Source: a virus
Reading direction: 5' to 3' (one strand)
IMG/VR virus record: IMGVR_UViG_3300041409_000348
Location: 1-64,000 of that record
DNA length: 64,000 bases
In this document: in pieces, positions 39,135-50,354 of the stretch
Position numbering within the stretch: position 1 is the stretch's first letter
How the letters are laid out: every line of letters starts with the position of its first letter
The notes under the pieces: model-generated
Told to the model about the DNA's origin: nothing
Seen by the model: the letters and a program-made list of their open reading frames with translations, nothing else
Databases searched by the model: none
Position numbers and translations under genes: made by a program

Positions 39135-39613
39135 CCACTAAGATCAGGGCCAGATCACGCCCAGTCCCCGCCTCTGATCGGTCACCTTGTGCTGCTCGCA
39201 CCGCTTGCACTCCTCGCCTGGCTTGCCCTGGCCTTCGCCGTACCCAACCCGGAACGCCGCAGCGACAGGGAGTGGCATGGCCGGAACGCAATCGCTGTCC
39301 CGCCGCCTGTTCCTGACCTGGGCACCCACCCGGATACTGCCGATGCTCCGGTCCGCTGAACTCCCGCAGCCGTGGCCCGGCCGCCTGTGGTGCGCGGTCT
39401 GCGCCGGCCACTACAAAGCAGCCCTCGACGACCCCGGCATGATCCGGCAGCACCTCGAGCACGCCGTGACCCGCAGCATCTACCTGCCGCTTCAGCACCT
39501 CGGCCCCCTCGACGTGTGCTGGGCCCACGCGATGCCGATCACCATGACCGCACCCGAGCTGGCCCAGGACGGGAGCGTCCCCGCGTGAGCGACGACTACC
39601 GGTACGAGCGGCG

Positions 39614-40135
39614 ATGACCTGGCGCAACCGGAAACCTGCTGCCGACCCCGAGATGACGGAACTCGCAGACAGCAGCAGCGGAGAAACGGTGCTCGTGCCC
39701 GCAGATGCCCTGCGTACCGTCGCGGACCGCTTCCTGCCGCTGCTGCTCAAATACGGCTCCGTGAATCTCACTCTCGGCACCCCGCGCGAACAGCCGGAAC
39801 GGCCGAAGGGCCTTATCAAGGGGAGCGGGCGCATGGGTGAGCCGCGCAAGCTCGAGCACATAGTCTCCATCCGCGCCGACGCGCCTCTCCTGGACGCCGT
39901 TTGCCGCCTCGCGGCAGGTGAAGGCATATCCGTCAGCGAGTGGATGCGCCGTGCTGCTGCGCGGGAAGTAGCTGAGCAGGAGAAGTCACCGGCTCCATCG
40001 GTTCCGTCCGGCTATCGCGTCGTCGGCTGGCAGTGCACCCACATGACCATGACTTCCGGCGGCATCCACTGGGGCAAGGTCACCGCCATGTGCGGCTGTG
40101 AGATGCAGCCTTTGTATGAGCCGGTAGCGGCGTGA
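39614..40135 (+). CDS. RHH-containing protein
   Basis: VSIRADAPLLDAVCRLAAGEGISVSEWMRRA. Confidence 0.55.
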   Translation: MTWRNRKPAADPEMTELADSSSGETVLVPADALRTVADRFLPLLLKYGSVNLTLGTPREQPERPKGLIKGSGRMGEPRKLEHIVSIRADAPLLDAVCRLAAGEGISVSEWMRRAAAREVAEQEKSPAPSVPSGYRVVGWQCTHMTMTSGGIHWGKVTAMCGCEMQPLYEPVAA

Positions 40136-40353
40136 TGACGACCGTGACTGATCCCGTCACCGGCGCTGCCTACGCAACCCTTAGCAAGGCCAAGGTCGCC
40201 CGCACGGTTGAGGTCAACGTCAGCGTCATGATCGACGTGGACGCGGATGACCTCATCATCGGCGTTGAGACGCTAGACGGCAGCGACTGGCGGGACGCAC
40301 TGGCCACTCTCGCGATACAGGGACGGCTCGCGATCCCACGGGAGGCGAGATGA
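40132..40353 (+). CDS. DUF2283-like small protein
   Basis: DP..GAAY..L....VARTVEV...MIDVDAD..IIGVE. Confidence 0.6.
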   Translation: MMTTVTDPVTGAAYATLSKAKVARTVEVNVSVMIDVDADDLIIGVETLDGSDWRDALATLAIQGRLAIPREAR

Positions 40354-40942
40354 GCCGCGCAGAGTTCTGGCGCAGCGTGCGCCGCGGGTTCGATTCCCTC
40401 ACGCTCGGCCCCACGTCGCCGGTTCTTGAGGAACTGCGCCGCGACGCTGAGCTGCGGCAACGGCAGGCACGGGAGCGTCTTCTGAACTCGTGGAAGCCGC
40501 TTCCGCCGCTGCCCGGCAGCGCCGAACCGGACGGGCAGGTGCCCGCGTAATGGAACTCGACTGGGAACGCCGGCACTGCGACCACTCAGGGGAACTCCAG
40601 GCGATCCGCCAGTTCCTCGAAACATCCACCAGACACCAGGAGGCCATCATGGCTGCACTCGACAACCTCACCGCCGCGGACAACGCCCTGAAGGCCGAGG
40701 TCACCTCGGCGATCAGCGACTGGGCTGCGGCCCTGGCCAGCGCGAACTCCGCGAACGACCCGGCGATCCAGGCCGTCGCGGATGACATGAATTCGCAGGT
40801 CGCTGCTCTGCAGGCCGCCGACCCGGCGAACGTCCCGGCCTCCACGCCGCCGGCTGCCCCGGCCGCGCCTGACGCCGGCACCGCAGCGCCGGTCAGCCCC
40901 GCCGGCACCTCCAACTAGCCGCCAGCGTCCGCCGGGGCAAGC

Positions 40943-42211
40943 GTGGCCATCACACCATCTGGGGTTCGCGAGATCCCCATAGCCACCCTGACCCGCTTCC
41001 CCGGCAACGCCCGGCGCGGCAACGTCGCCGAGATCCGTGCGAGTGTCCGCCGTCTCGGCCAGTACCGCACCATCGTGGTCCGCGACACCGGTTCGGATCT
41101 GGTGATCCTCGCGGGCAACCACACCGCTGACGCGCTGGCCGCTGAAGGGCATGAGAACGCCCGGTGTGAGGTCATCACCTGCACCGACGACGAAGCCCGC
41201 CGCGTCAACCTGACGGACAACCGGCTCGCGGAGCTGCCGGGACCGGACGGGGAACGGTACGACGACGAGGCCCTCGTGGAGCTGCTGTCGTACCTGGACG
41301 GCGACTATGAGGGCACCGGGTGGACCGAAGAGGACGTGTCCGCGCTCATCGAGCCACCCGAGGACACGCCGGGCGGCAACGGCGACCCGGACGACGCACC
41401 GGAACCACCAGCCGAGCCGGTCAGCGCGTTCGGTGACCTCTGGCTGCTCGGGCCGCACCGGCTGCTCATAGGCGACGCGACCAACCCGGATCACCTGGCG
41501 CTGGCAACCGAAGGACTCGGCACGCCGGGCATCGTCTACACCGACCCGCCGTACGGCATAGACATCGTGAGCAGCGCCGGAAAGGTGGGCGCATCCATCG
41601 GCTACCCCGTCGGCGGTGCCAAGAACGGCGGTCAAGGCAGCAAGGGCACCGTCCGCACGACCAGTTATCTGCCCGTCGCTGGGGACGACAGCACCGACGC
41701 TGCGGTGGACGCCTTCCGGCTGCTGTATGCGGAGTACCCGGACGCCATGCATATCTGGTGGGGCGGCAACCACTATGCGGCCTCGGCCGGCCTGCCGGAC
41801 TCGTCGTGCTGGCTTGTCTGGGACAAGGACACTAACGGCAACTTCGCGGACGCTGAGCTTGCCTGGACGAGCCATCCCGGCGCGGTACGGCTGCTGCGGC
41901 ACATGTGGAACGGGATGCTCCGCGCCTCCGAACGCGGCAAGCGTGTCCACCCGACCCAGAAGCCGGTAGCACTCGCCGAGTGGGCGTTCGGTGTCATCGA
42001 CCCCAAGGATGAGCGGAGCGTCGTCCTCGACGTGTTCGCGGGCTCAGGATCAACGCTCCTCGCCGCTCACCGGACCAAACGCACGGCGGCGCTGATCGAG
42101 ATGGAACCCGCATACGGGGACGTCATCGCCGGACGCTGGGAAGCCTTCACCGGCATCAAACCGGAGCGTGTCCTGCCCGACGGCACCACCGAACCTGTCT
42201 CCTTCACCTGA
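40943..42211 (+). CDS. ParB-like domain fused to N6A/N4C DNA methyltransferase
   Basis: ILAGNH; TDPPYG; HPTQKP; LDVFAGSGST. Confidence 0.9.
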   Translation: MAITPSGVREIPIATLTRFPGNARRGNVAEIRASVRRLGQYRTIVVRDTGSDLVILAGNHTADALAAEGHENARCEVITCTDDEARRVNLTDNRLAELPGPDGERYDDEALVELLSYLDGDYEGTGWTEEDVSALIEPPEDTPGGNGDPDDAPEPPAEPVSAFGDLWLLGPHRLLIGDATNPDHLALATEGLGTPGIVYTDPPYGIDIVSSAGKVGASIGYPVGGAKNGGQGSKGTVRTTSYLPVAGDDSTDAAVDAFRLLYAEYPDAMHIWWGGNHYAASAGLPDSSCWLVWDKDTNGNFADAELAWTSHPGAVRLLRHMWNGMLRASERGKRVHPTQKPVALAEWAFGVIDPKDERSVVLDVFAGSGSTLLAAHRTKRTAALIEMEPAYGDVIAGRWEAFTGIKPERVLPDGTTEPVSFT

Positions 42212-42261
42212 CCGGCATTCGCCGAACGCTAGTTAACCGAATCTCCGGGAGGTGGTGAGAG

Positions 42262-42768
42262 ATGCCACGCCGCCGCTCCGTCGTCACCCGCGAGAACGAC
42301 ATCCGCGCCATTGACCTGCGCCGGCGCGGCCTCACGTATGAGCAGATCGCCACCCAGATGGGCTTCCGCGCCACCTCCAGCGCTTATGAAGCCGTCCAGC
42401 GGGGCTTGGCCGAGGCGTTCCGTGAGGAAGCCGGCGCGCTCACCCAGATGGAAGCGGAACGCCTGGACGCCCTGCGGCGCCTGTTCGAGCGGATCGCCGC
42501 GACCAAGCATTACGCGGTGTCTCTCGGGTCGGGGAAAGTCATCATGGACCCCGCGAACCCCGGCCAGCCCCTCACCGACGACGGCCCCGCCATGGCCGCC
42601 GGTTTGGCGTTGCTGCGGGTCAGTGAGTCGTGGCGGAAACTCAAGGGCCTCGACGCACCCGCGAAGTCCCGCGTCGAAGTGGTCACCGCCGACGTGATCG
42701 AGTCCGAGATCACGCGCCTGGAGGCAGACCTTGCCGCCAACGACCCCGTACATCCAGGCACCGGCTGA
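42262..42768 (+). CDS. terS: terminase small subunit
   Basis: HTH LRRRGLTYEQIA, KLKGLDAP; directly upstream of TerL. Confidence 0.75.
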   Translation: MPRRRSVVTRENDIRAIDLRRRGLTYEQIATQMGFRATSSAYEAVQRGLAEAFREEAGALTQMEAERLDALRRLFERIAATKHYAVSLGSGKVIMDPANPGQPLTDDGPAMAAGLALLRVSESWRKLKGLDAPAKSRVEVVTADVIESEITRLEADLAANDPVHPGTG

Positions 42769-44440
42769 CCGGCTCCGCTACCTGCGTGAGCTTCAGCGGC
42801 AGGCGGCGGAGACCAAGAAGGCCGCATCCCAGCGGTACTACAACGACCCGGTAGCGTTCGCCGCCGACTGCATCGACTGGCGTGACGGCGCTGGCCTGAC
42901 CGCCTACCAGCAGGAGATCGTCGGGGACCTGCCGGCCCGTAAGCGCATCAGTGTCCGCAGTCCCCACGGCACCGGGAAATCGACCACGGCTGCCGTGACC
43001 ATCTTGTGGTTCGCGCTGACCCGCGAAACGGCGGGTGTGGACTGGAAGGTCGCGACGACCGCCGGGTCCTGGCATCAGCTGTCCAGATTTTTGTGGCCGG
43101 AGATTCACCGCTGGGCGGGCCGGATCCGCTGGGACAAGATACGCGGCAACCAGCCGCTGACCGCCCATGAGGAACTGAACCTCCGCCTGCGCGGTCACCC
43201 GTTCAGCGCCGCTGAGCTGATGAACCTGAACCTGCGCCTCAACCACGGTGCGGCCTTCGCGTCCGCGTCCGCGAACTCGGCCCTCATCGAAGGCGCCCAC
43301 GCCGACAGTCTGCTGTTCGTGTTCGACGAGTCCAAGGCGATCCCCGCCGCCACGTTCGACGCCTGTGAAGGTGCCCTGAACGGCACCGGGGAAGCGTTCG
43401 CCCTCGCGCTCTCGACGCCGGGTGCGCCCGCCGGCCGGTTCTACGACATTCAGTCCCGCAAACCGGGCTATGAGGACTGGCACGCCGTCCACGTCACCCT
43501 TGACCAGGCGATAGCGGCCGGGCAGATCGACCCGGACTGGGCAGCGAACCGGGCCCGCCAGTGGGGCACCGAATCCAGCATCTACGTCAACCGGGTCCTC
43601 GGCGAGTTCCACGCCGGCGATGAGGACAGTGTGATCCCGCTGGCGTGGGCTGAGGCCGCGGTCGAACGCTGGCTCGAATGGGACCTCGCCGGCCGCCCCG
43701 GCACCGAGATGGACTATCCCCGCACCGTCGGTGTGGACGTGGCCCGTGAAGGCATGGACAAGACGGTCCTCGCGGTCCGCAACGGCCACGTGCTGACCGA
43801 ACTGCGCCGGTCGGTGAAGGAAACCACCATGCAGACCACTGGCCGTGTCGCCGGTGTCCTCGACGCCGACGCGGCCAGGACCGCGGTCGTGGACGTCATC
43901 GGTATCGGCGCGGGTGTCGTGGACCGGCTGCGGGAGATGGGCCACAAGGTGCAGGCGTTCAACGCCGCCGCCGGAACCGACCGCCGCGACGTCACCGGCG
44001 AACTGGGCTTCCCGAACTCCCGCAGCGCCGCATGGTGGTCGATGCGTGAGCAGCTCGACCCGTCCGCCGGCTCCACCGTGTGCCTGCCTGATGATGAGAT
44101 GCTGCTCGGTGACCTGGCCGCGCCGCAGTGGAAAGTCCTGTCCGGCGGCAAAATCCAGGTCGAGCCGAAAGACGAGATCCGCAAACGCCTCGGCCGGTCC
44201 ACCGACGACGGCGACGCTGTGGTTCAGGCGTTCTTCTCCCGGTCGATGCCGCATTCGCCGTCGGCGCGGCAGTGGGCTGTCCACGACGAACTTGAGCGGA
44301 TGGGCCAGGACCCGTCCGCGCGGATGCGTGCCCGTCCCGGCCAGGACTATGACCGGGACGACAACTGGTCCGCGGACTCGTTCGCCCCGCAGGCCGACGA
44401 CGGCAGACCGGAACGGCCCAACGTGAGGGCATGGCGGTAA
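42731..44440 (+). CDS. terL: terminase large subunit
   Basis: SPHGTGKS, VFDES, STP, GVDVAREGMD, RSTDDGDA. Confidence 0.9.
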   Translation: MPPTTPYIQAPADRLRYLRELQRQAAETKKAASQRYYNDPVAFAADCIDWRDGAGLTAYQQEIVGDLPARKRISVRSPHGTGKSTTAAVTILWFALTRETAGVDWKVATTAGSWHQLSRFLWPEIHRWAGRIRWDKIRGNQPLTAHEELNLRLRGHPFSAAELMNLNLRLNHGAAFASASANSALIEGAHADSLLFVFDESKAIPAATFDACEGALNGTGEAFALALSTPGAPAGRFYDIQSRKPGYEDWHAVHVTLDQAIAAGQIDPDWAANRARQWGTESSIYVNRVLGEFHAGDEDSVIPLAWAEAAVERWLEWDLAGRPGTEMDYPRTVGVDVAREGMDKTVLAVRNGHVLTELRRSVKETTMQTTGRVAGVLDADAARTAVVDVIGIGAGVVDRLREMGHKVQAFNAAAGTDRRDVTGELGFPNSRSAAWWSMREQLDPSAGSTVCLPDDEMLLGDLAAPQWKVLSGGKIQVEPKDEIRKRLGRSTDDGDAVVQAFFSRSMPHSPSARQWAVHDELERMGQDPSARMRARPGQDYDRDDNWSADSFAPQADDGRPERPNVRAWR

Positions 44441-44776
44441 GTTACCGGCGAGTACGGGTGCCACGTTTCCGCAGGTCGCAACCGGAGGTGCCGTGACTGT
44501 CCCCGTGAAAGTCACGGTCCCCGAAACGGTCCTCGCCGCCGTCGATGAGATCCGCGGCGACGAGTCACGGTCCGCGTGGATCCTCGGCGCGATCGGCCTG
44601 CGCCTGTCCCCGCTCGCCGAAGCGGTCGCCGCCGTCATCGAACCCGCCGTCGACCCCGGCAACATCATCCCCACCGCGGTCCTCACCGACCGCCCGTCCG
44701 TCCAGGTGTGCAAGCACCCGAAAGCACGGGTACTGCGAGGCTTCTGCGGCGCCTGCGGCACGGGCGGGCTGGCCTG

Positions 44777-45007
44777 ATGGCCACCGTCCTGTACACCGCA
44801 CTGGCCCCGCTGACCGTGTACTCGGTGATCAGCACATGGGACTGCGCCGCCGGGGACGTTCTGCCGCTCGACCCCAGCAAGCAGTCCACCGCCAGCCTCC
44901 TGGCCGCCGGGAAGATCGAACCTGCCGCGCCCGGCGCGACCGACACTTGCACCCCGGCAAATGTGCAAAGGGGCGTTCCCGGGCTTCACGTGGGCGTCTC
45001 AAACTAG
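44777..45007 (+). CDS. small, probably virion-associated protein ending GVSN
   Basis: 3' part of ORF 44576..45007. Confidence 0.5.
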   Translation: MATVLYTALAPLTVYSVISTWDCAAGDVLPLDPSKQSTASLLAAGKIEPAAPGATDTCTPANVQRGVPGLHVGVSN

Positions 45008-45108
45008 CCCTGACCTGCTAGAATGGCCATGTTAAACCCCGGCGAGCGAGGGTGCGCAAACACCTGACTCACTCCCGGGGGCGTTCGATCTGGTGAAAGC
45101 AGACCGAC

Positions 45109-45984
45109 ATGACCAAGCGTACAGGCGAGGCGTTTGTCTACTACATACGCCGCGGTGACCTGATTAAGATCGGGGCGTCGGCCAACATCCGGGTGCGGCT
45201 CAGCGCGCAGGCTTATGACGAACTCCTCGCGGTTGAGCCCGGGTACTTCAGCCTTGAGAAGCGCCGGCACAGGCAGTTCGCCGAACACAAGGAACCCCTG
45301 GGTCGCGGCCAGCACGAGTGGTTCAAGCCGGGAGAGACCCTGCTCGGGCACATCGCTGCGATGCGGGCACTCCACGAGCTGCCTGATCTGTCCACGCGCT
45401 ACTGCCCGCGTTTGGGCACGACCGCACAGGCCATACTGGCGCTGCTGCCGCCGCTACTGATGCAAGTTCCGGCCGGCACGATGGAGCGGCTCATAGCCAA
45501 GATCGTCATCGACGGCGAGTCGGGATGCTGGAGACGCCCCGTCGGGATCAGCGCCAAGGGCTACAGCCAGTTCTGGTTCGGCGGCAAACTGCAAGCAGCG
45601 CACCGCGTCTCGCACATCCTGTTCGTCGGCCCCATTCCGGACGGCCACGAGGTCGATCACGTTAAGGCGCGCGGATGCCGGTTCAAGGACTGCATCCGGC
45701 CATCTCACCTTGAAGCCGTGACCGGGCGCGAGAACACACTGCGCGGCGGCAACATGGCCGCCATTCACGCCCGCACGACACACTGCCCGCAGGACCACGA
45801 GTACACGCCCGAGAACACGTACTTGATCAAGTCCCCAAACGGCAGGGATCGACGCCAGTGCAAGATCTGCACCAGGGAAAAGGCGCACGAGCGGCATCAT
45901 CGGCTCAAGACCGACCCGGCATTCCGCGAGACGCGCCGCCTGGGACAACTCAACCGACGGACGCGCGAGCGCGCCACTAGCTAG
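45109..45984 (+). CDS. HNH homing endonuclease with N-terminal GIY-YIG/T5orf172-like domain
   Basis: FVYYIR..IKIG...EWF; AHRVS...VDH...CIRPSHLEAVT.REN; THCPQDHEY. Confidence 0.85.
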   Translation: MTKRTGEAFVYYIRRGDLIKIGASANIRVRLSAQAYDELLAVEPGYFSLEKRRHRQFAEHKEPLGRGQHEWFKPGETLLGHIAAMRALHELPDLSTRYCPRLGTTAQAILALLPPLLMQVPAGTMERLIAKIVIDGESGCWRRPVGISAKGYSQFWFGGKLQAAHRVSHILFVGPIPDGHEVDHVKARGCRFKDCIRPSHLEAVTGRENTLRGGNMAAIHARTTHCPQDHEYTPENTYLIKSPNGRDRRQCKICTREKAHERHHRLKTDPAFRETRRLGQLNRRTRERATS

Positions 45985-46005
45985 CGGCGGGGGGTGAGAT
46001 TGAAG

Positions 46006-47548
46006 ATGTCACCCCAAGACCCCCAGAAGGCGCGGATCGTGGCGTTCCCCGACTTGAAGCCGGCGACACGCCATGACCTTATGCGCGGGGAGCTCGGCAC
46101 CGAGTTCGACCGCAACCAGATGTTCGGCCTGTACTCGGGTGGTGATGTCTTCTTAGTCCGACTACGGCACCGCCACTGCCCGGGACTTCCAGACCATGCT
46201 CAGCCGCGACGGCCAGGCCGCGGCGCTCGAGGCGGTCCTGACGCTGCCGATCCGGCAGGCGTCCCGCGCGATCGAGCCCGGCAAGAACGACAGCGGCGAG
46301 GCCGATTTCTGCCACTCGGTGCTGTTCGCGCCGCACACCTCGGGCGGCATGAGCACCCCGATGCAGGACGTGATCGGGCAGGTCACCTCGGCGCAGATTT
46401 TCAAGCTCGCCTTCTTTGAGCTCTGCTGGAAGATCCGGGAGCGGGACGGCGGGGTCGCCATCGACAAGATGGCCTACCGGCCGCCGGCGACCTGTGAGCT
46501 GAAGCGGGACGCCCGCACGGGCGCGATGGACGGGTTCCGGCAGCAGGTGTGGCAGTTCGGCGGCAACCTCAAGCAGGACAAGGCATCCAAACTGCCCGGC
46601 TACGTCGAGATCCCCAAGATCAAGTCGTATGTCCACGTCAACGGCCGGCACCGGCAGCCCCTCACCGGCACCAGTGAGCTTGAGCTGACGCACTGGGTCC
46701 ACCAGACCAAGCTCAAATTGCTGTACCTCTGGTTCCAGTTCCTGGAGCAGCAGAGCCTGCCGAAGGTCATCGTGTACGGCCAGGACCAGCGGGAAGCCAA
46801 CGCGAAGGCCGACGACATCGCCTCGATGCGATCGTCCGGTGTCGTGGGGTTCGCCCGCGACCCGCAGGGCGCCAAGTCGTTTGAGATCCTGGAGTCCTCG
46901 GGCTCGAAGGGTGCCACTCAGTTCGCTGACGCCCTGTCGTTCCTTGAAACGTGGCAGACCGCGAGCGTCCTGGCCGGGTTCACGGGCCTGTCCTCGCTCG
47001 CGGCGATGGGCCGCGGTTCCCTCGCGTTGTCGCAGGACCAGTCGGCGTTCTTCCTGAAGTCCCGGCAGGCCATCAGCCTGGAGATCGCCGAGTCCATCAC
47101 CCACGAGGTCATCGCCCCGCTGGTGACCCTGAACTTCGGGCCGGGCGCGAGCTATCCGCGGTTCACGTTCGGGGCCCTGTCGGATGAGTCCGGCTCCCAG
47201 CTGGTCACCTTGTTCCAGGCTCTCGCGGTCGCACCCGCGTTGCAGGTGCCGGCGGGGATCCTGGACATCATCACGGAACGTCTGGCGACGTTCCTGAACC
47301 TGGACGTGGATGCGGTGACGCAGATCGTGCAGCAGGGTGCGAAGGACCGTGAGGCGCAGGCGGTCGCGCAGGCCCCGGCGGGGATGCCGCAGCAGTCGGC
47401 GGCGGCGCTGGGGCATCTGGCGGGGGGAACAGCGGCGGCGGCGGCGATAGCGAAGAAGGCTTTGGCGCATGCCGGTAACCAGCCACTGCCGGAGGACATC
47501 ATGCAGCCGTTCGACGTGCCGAACATGAGCGTGAACCCGAAGGCGTGA
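46006..47548 (+). CDS. portal protein; +1 frame break at TTA 46153-46155
   Basis: frame 1 ...GELGT...GGDVF joins frame 2 DYGTATARDFQTMLSRDG...; lies between TerL and MuF. Confidence 0.8.
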
Positions 47549-47552
47549 GGCT

Positions 47553-48236
47553 GTGACCACGCCCGCCGCGCAAACCCAGCCACCGCAGCAGCAGGCCCCG
47601 CAGCAGCAGCAGGACGACACCGCCGCTGACGCTGCCCTGATCGCCCTCATCGTCGCTGCCCTCGCCGCCTACGGCACCGCACAGGCCCTCACAGGCGCGC
47701 TGAAGGCCCCGTTCAAGGCTGCGGGCATCTCCGGTGCGGCGTTGTCCGCGATCGCCGCCCTAGCCGTCTCCGCCCCGCAGGACGCCGTCAAGGGCACCGG
47801 CCCGGCGTCCCGGTGGGCGCTGCGGAACAACCTGCTGCGGCGCGCTCAGTTCGTTCTGGCGGCGTCGCGGCGTGTCCAGCAGGCGGTGAAGGCGGCACGG
47901 TCCCAGAACGAGCCGGCGATGACCGCGATCCGGGACGCGCTGGCCACGGAGAAGCAGTATCTCGGGCAGCACATCGCGGCCAGCGAGGGCCGTGTGGACG
48001 CAGCCTCATCCGTGGACAGCGCGGCGGCGAAGCACGGGAAGCTGCTCGGCTGGCAAGCGACCAAAGACAAAAGGTGCACGCCGGGCTGTGCTGCCGCGTC
48101 AGGCTCCAACTTCAAGGCGGACCGGCCTCCGATCGTGGAAGGTCACCCGGCGTTCCCCGGCATGGTCCACGGGGCGACGTGCCGGTGTATCCCGGTCGCG
48201 CCGTTCAAGGGCGCTAAGGTGCTGCCGTCATCCTGA
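47553..48236 (+). CDS. MuF/gp7-like minor head protein
   Basis: GWQATKDKRCTPGC...HGATCRC. Confidence 0.75.
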   Translation: MTTPAAQTQPPQQQAPQQQQDDTAADAALIALIVAALAAYGTAQALTGALKAPFKAAGISGAALSAIAALAVSAPQDAVKGTGPASRWALRNNLLRRAQFVLAASRRVQQAVKAARSQNEPAMTAIRDALATEKQYLGQHIAASEGRVDAASSVDSAAAKHGKLLGWQATKDKRCTPGCAAASGSNFKADRPPIVEGHPAFPGMVHGATCRCIPVAPFKGAKVLPSS

Positions 48237-48255
48237 GGTGGAGGCATACACCCAG

Positions 48256-48561
48256 CTAGTCGGGCCAGGCGCACTCGTAGGCCATCCTCGCGAAGTCGGA
48301 ACGGACGATCCGGTACACCAGCCGCCCGCCGTCAGCCAAGGCGAACCGGAGCACCGCGCCGACCGCACCGTCTCCCGGCTCGTAATGACCTTCCGGGCAC
48401 GCAGTGAAGTCGGTGGAGACCAGTGCGACCGGGAACAGCGGCATGCAGTGGATCAGGTCGTCGAGCATCCGCCAGCTGAGCCACATTCGCGGGCCGGCGG
48501 CGGTGAGCAGCAACCCGGAACCATCGGCGCGGGTCGCCCATACCGGCGCGCTTTCCGTCAC
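48256..48561 (-). CDS. antisense moron, hypothetical, leaderless
   Basis: TACGAT-6 nt-GTG. Confidence 0.55.
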   Translation of the reverse strand: MTESAPVWATRADGSGLLLTAAGPRMWLSWRMLDDLIHCMPLFPVALVSTDFTACPEGHYEPGDGAVGAVLRFALADGGRLVYRIVRSDFARMAYECAWPD

Positions 48562-48596
48562 CCGCTCATCGTAGACGGGGCGGTGAACCTGCTGCC

Positions 48597-48776
48597 GTGA
48601 CCTGCCGCCTATGCCTTGAGCGTGTCCCGTTCGAGCGGATCGCCGATCACATGCGCCTGCTGCACCCGGACCTCGTATGGCATGGCGACGACCCTCATGA
48701 CGCGCGGGCGGATGCGTGGCCGGATGGGAAGCCCGTCGTGCACGAGGACGCGGAAACGCTAGCGGACGTGGCCTGA
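48597..48776 (+). CDS. small C2H2-like Zn-finger protein
   Basis: MTCRLC...DHMRLLH, translated by hand. Confidence 0.45.
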   Translation: MTCRLCLERVPFERIADHMRLLHPDLVWHGDDPHDARADAWPDGKPVVHEDAETLADVA

Positions 48777-48818
48777 GGCCGGACGGCAGCGACGACTGAG
48801 CTAGCCGCGCGGTGCCGT

Positions 48819-49301
48819 TCAGGGACGCTGCGGTGCTTCCGTAGCCAGCCAGTCCACGGCAGAGCGATGGATTGCCGCTGCCTGCTCGGCTGACAACCGG
48901 CGTTCGGCGCACTCGCGCTCGAAGCGGGCCGGGTCGGTCAGATGCTCCAGATAGTCGCGGTACTCGCGCCTTCCGCGCCGCCACCTTGACAGGTAGAGCT
49001 TGGTGAACCAGTGATCGGCGTGAGTTTCCAGGCCACGGTCAGTAGGGGCGTCAATCGAGTCGCCGACCGCCTCGAAGGCGTTCCGCATCATCACGCCGAC
49101 GCTGACGCTGGAGTCCTCTGAGTCGATAATCGCGCCGTACCAGGGCGCCCGGCGGGGGACGTCGGTCACGAGCCGGATCACCGACACGGCATCACGCAAC
49201 TCTTGCGGCGCACCGGCCAGCTCGCGGTCCACGCGGTCAATGGCCTGCTGGAGCGCGTAGCGGCTCAGTTCGCCAATGTGCTCGGGTACGTCACGGCTCA
49301 T
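48819..49301 (-). CDS. antisense moron, hypothetical, leaderless
   Basis: TACGAT-6 nt-ATG. Confidence 0.6.
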   Translation of the reverse strand: MSRDVPEHIGELSRYALQQAIDRVDRELAGAPQELRDAVSVIRLVTDVPRRAPWYGAIIDSEDSSVSVGVMMRNAFEAVGDSIDAPTDRGLETHADHWFTKLYLSRWRRGRREYRDYLEHLTDPARFERECAERRLSAEQAAAIHRSAVDWLATEAPQRP

Positions 49302-49332
49302 CCGCTCATCGTAGAACCGGGGCGGTGACCTC

Positions 49333-49779
49333 GTGGCCGCTCCGTCCGTGCAGCCCGTGTCCGACGCCCACGCACCCCTCGCCACCCCGCAGAAGCTCAC
49401 CACGGCGCAAGAGGTCAAGCTGCAGCTGGCCCGCGACTACCCGGCCGGTGCGCTCGCCTGGGTTGATGACATCACGTGGACGCCGCAGCCGCAGATGGTG
49501 CCGCTCCGCCAGGTCGACATGACCGGCGGGGACACGAACTGGGCGCTGGCCCGTAAAGACAAGGCGAAGATCGCCGCGTTCATCGCCCGTATCCGCTCGG
49601 GCACCCGGAAGCCGGTGGTGCTGATCCGTACTCCCGGGCCGGGGAAACTCCGCGCGGTCGACGGTCACACGAGGTGCCTGGCCAGTGCGGCGCTCGGCCA
49701 GCCGGTCACGGCATGGGTCGGGACCGCGAAGACGGCGACCGGCCCGTGGGATGACGTGCACTCCAGGAAGACGAACTAG
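49333..49779 (+). CDS. ParB/Srx-like domain protein
   Basis: KPVVL...AVDGHTR. Confidence 0.7.
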   Translation: MAAPSVQPVSDAHAPLATPQKLTTAQEVKLQLARDYPAGALAWVDDITWTPQPQMVPLRQVDMTGGDTNWALARKDKAKIAAFIARIRSGTRKPVVLIRTPGPGKLRAVDGHTRCLASAALGQPVTAWVGTAKTATGPWDDVHSRKTN

Positions 49780-50354
49780 TGAGCGCGCAGACTGCACGGC
49801 TCGCCGAGACGCCCAGCCCGTGGGGCAGCCCCGCCGGCCCTGGCCTCTGGCACCACAAGGGCTGGAAACTCCCAAATTACGTGGAGCAGGTCAGCAAGGG
49901 CATCATGAAGTCCGGCCGCGCCGCCACTGAGTCTGAGGCCATCCACATGGCGCTCGGAGTGCTGGCCCGGTGGGCGCGTGGCGGCGGGAAAGTAAGCCCC
50001 GAAGTCCAGGCCGCCGCCGCTAAGGCCATCGCCGAGTTCGCCGCCCTGCGAGCCAAGGCCGCCGCCCACAGTCACGCGAACGAGGACGGTGCCGCCATGT
50101 CCCTCTCCTGGAACGGCGTAGAGGGCATCGAGCTCGGTGCCCCTGCTGTCGCTGAGCGTGTCCCGCCCGGGCGCCGTGAGGGTGGCCAGTTCGCTGGGAA
50201 GGCTACGGTGCTGGGCCGTTACGACACCCCAGAACGTGCCGCGCTGGTGATCAACGGGATGGACGCGGCGGAACGTGCCGTGGCCCGCGCGTCTACCTTG
50301 CCGCCGCCCGGGTTCGCGTGGACGGACGCTGACCGGCTGGCAGTGGCGGAGTGA
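49779..50354 (+). CDS. head-region hypothetical protein (GGQF motif)
   Basis: ORF track. Confidence 0.65.
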   Translation: MSAQTARLAETPSPWGSPAGPGLWHHKGWKLPNYVEQVSKGIMKSGRAATESEAIHMALGVLARWARGGGKVSPEVQAAAAKAIAEFAALRAKAAAHSHANEDGAAMSLSWNGVEGIELGAPAVAERVPPGRREGGQFAGKATVLGRYDTPERAALVINGMDAAERAVARASTLPPPGFAWTDADRLAVAE

